In this document: positions 61,401 through 64,000 of the stretch, in pieces
Layout of the letters: each line of letters starts with the position of its first letter
How positions within the stretch are numbered: the first letter of the stretch is position 1
Assembly (NCBI GenBank): GCA_964199315.1
Contig: OZ116709.1
Location: 5,580,001-5,644,000, forward strand
Direction: 5' to 3'
DNA from: Orbicella franksi
Taxonomy: Eukaryota
DNA: 64,000 bases
The notes under the pieces: model-generated
Database searches by the model: none
Told to the model about the DNA's origin: nothing
Seen by the model: only the letters and a program-made list of their open reading frames with translations
Translations under genes and position numbers: made by a program

Positions 61401-64000
61401 AAGAATAACTTCCACTTGCGAACCGACTGAATGAAAATTTAATTAACCATCTCATGATTATAGCCTCACGATCTTGGGATAAGTTAATTACTAACAATGA
61501 AAATATCCAGTACCTCGGCTATTTACCTGGGGTCATTTTGGGACAAAACAACAAATGAGCCTCTCGCATGATTTTTGTGAGTGACCTCTTCTGTAGACTG
61601 CATTGTCGTAGAAAGTAATTGCAATGAAACTGATTAGGCATCTTCAATATCGTTTAAAACATTTTTTTCTATATCCTCTTATAACACGTTAACTGAGGAA
61701 AGTGAAGGTTCGTCATTCTGGTTACAATCAAGAGATTTCAAACACTTGTCTGAAAAGTTACGCCTACGAGTTTTGTCCCAGCTGCACTGGATGATTAATT
61801 AACATGACAAGCAATTCCTCAGCCATTAATTTTCTAACTTTACTAACAGGATTAGTGCTTAGTGTGGCAAATAGCATTATCTGCAATTTCTGACTTTTCT
61901 TCATAGCATATACGTAAGAACACATACAAGCTGGACATAATGACAATTTAAAGAACCTGACGGCAAGGCTGTAAGGTACTCTTTTCAGTTTTTCAGAAAG
62001 GACAATATAAAAACAGTAGAGCAAACTACTTCATAGGCTGACCTTGGCATTCAAAGGGTTAATCTTGTGATTAAAGACTTACCTGTAAAGTAAAGCCTTG
62101 AAAGAAACATCCCCAGTCACTTACGCATTCTGAGGGGTCTTCCAAGCTGTGGGAGAAATGAGTGTAAAACTGCTTTAGCTACAGGGGCAAAGAGCAGCAG
62201 ACGGCATGTTCAAATTTCACAAGGTCCGGTGTTTCTAGAAAAGTCTCTTATTGAGCAATTTTCGAAGAAATCGTTTCATCAGTGTAACTGGATGTAAAAT
62301 AATTCTAAAATTGTCAACATTTTGTAAAGTTCAATACTGTTCAATTATAATTGTATATTACAATCTTTGAAATCTTAAGAGTGATTCTGCTGAAAGTTCG
62401 GGCAATTAGTCCAATAGGTGCAAAAATTATTTACTAAAAATCTACGTGCCAGAAGATTTTTAGATTTAGATTTTTAAACACTATTTGAAACATTTCACTT
62501 TAACTCAGTTCTCTAAGAGATCCCGTGGTTAAATTCTCAAGCACCCTCGAGAAAGTTGATGTCAAACCTCGTATGAATGCTTAAAAAGCGTGTGGTATTT
62601 CGTTTTAAACTGATGTGAAACGTTCGTTTCAGTAGAAATATGGAAAACTTTAAATTCGATTTTCTCTCATGGGGTCAGCTGGAAAGCTATATTCTTGATA
62701 AGTTCTTCTTAACTGTGCTTAAATTGTTACCATGCTACGAGGTTTTCTTAGTAACTTTATCAATTTTGCCTCTATTGCTCGAATGTTCAGCGGAAACCGT
62801 TCTAACACCTCATAGTTTATCAGCATAGTTTATCAGCATACTCGTACTTACCCGCCTCGTTCATATGCGCAAACTGGAGTCAACCACCGTGACTATGCAT
62901 GCTAAAAATTTAACACATACTTAAAAACGATCATTGGAATTTTGTAATTAGCCGTAAACTACATAAGTGGCTTTTGACCATTGTGGTTGGTAGAATTAGT
63001 AACAGCGAGTTAGAGGATTAAAAACAGTAGGAAAACTATTGATCAACTGTATGACATGGTTTCAGGTATTTCCTCCAAATGAGAATTCTCGAGTTGAGTT
63101 CCGCTACACGCTGACTTGCACTGCTATTCATACTCGTTATTAGAACTTTTTCGAAGGCCACCTCGTCTTCTAGCAAAAGTACAGAGTATAAATTAAGGTA
63201 AACATGCAGCCTTCATGCTGTTGGAAACCCCACCATTATATTCAGCGTAAGTTCTTAATTTTGGCGTCTACACGATAAAGATCTATTTTATATTTACTTC
63301 ATTATTTTACTTGGATTGTTTGGACTTTCCGGCGAAACTTATCAATCCCTGAGATTAATTGTCAATAATAGCGCAACTGTTATTGTTGTTTTGATTGCCT
63401 AAGTAGGAAGAATTTTATCCTGGGAAACCACTGTGCTGTAACTGATGAAATACCACATTCAAAGGTCAACAAAACGAGCAATCGTATCAAATCTTTCTTA
63501 TGAGAATAATTATTTTCAACGCTGATTGAAGGGTGTGTTCTGGATGAATTCTTACAGCTGAGGCTCGGATTTGTCTATTTTCTATAGCAAGAGAAAATTT
63601 GACAATGTTAGAAATGTATTAAAACAGAAAGTCTAGATACCTGAAGAGCTTTCACAAGAATCCCCCCATCCCCACCCACCCAGAAAAGAATTTGGTGGAT
63701 CATAGGTCATACATGTAGTTACCCGTAACAATGCTAGGGAGTCGTTAGAGGTACAACAAAGTTCTTTGTTCTATGTTTTTGTTCGATATTTTGGCCTTGA
63801 CCGTGCACAAAACACAACGTAGTTGTTTACTTTTGTTTGGAAAACTATTCAAATATCACAAATAAAAGATTGTGTACAGTCGTGGACTTTCCAACATAAA
63901 CCTTGGAATCTTTGCTCCCATCTTTGAAGTTTCTCGAACTCCATGACCATTCACCTCTATTAACTGTGAGTTGATGAACATAGAACAGGAGTCACTTGAC

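Noticed and set aside
61804-61893. Plus-strand hydrophobic peptide MTSNSSAINFLTLLTGLVLSVANSIIC resembling GPCR TM1
   Set aside because: It stops after 29 codons, and no frame continues with GPCR motifs.
62077-62124. Recursive (AG|GTAAGT) splice site on the minus strand
   Set aside because: It would need a 42-nt intron; a single 64-nt exon or chance explains it more simply.

Overview
Animal genomic DNA: AT-rich, spliceosomal introns, dense in MITEs and SINEs. Repeat families and gene content point to a stony coral or close anthozoan (inference). Left to right: (1) the 3' part of an intact Ty3/Gypsy LTR retrotransposon (pol to 2569, PPT, 3' LTR 2847-3289) inserted in the sense orientation in an intron of a GDP-D-glucose phosphorylase (GDPGP1/VTC2 family) gene; (2) two tandem GDPGP1 paralogues, about 64% identical by hand alignment over the five shared exons; (3) a ~1315-aa chimeric gene in which five small exons encode a TTC4/Cns1-like TPR module (one intron is U12-type) and one 3.4-kb exon encodes 17 40-aa TPRs plus a CHAT caspase-like domain with an intact His/Cys dyad; (4) a 16-exon secreted protein with five MAM domains, whose first intron holds a 1.4-kb TIR element (9-bp TSD, zinc-finger ORF) nested in a palindromic MITE; (5) ~11 kb with no confidently recognised gene, only weak minus-strand exon candidates. 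There is one 175-N assembly gap. No CRISPR, rRNA or functional tRNA was found. The best candidate for an undescribed system is the TPR-CHAT sensor-protease. All gene models were spliced by eye and family assignments rest on remembered motifs; no database search was run.
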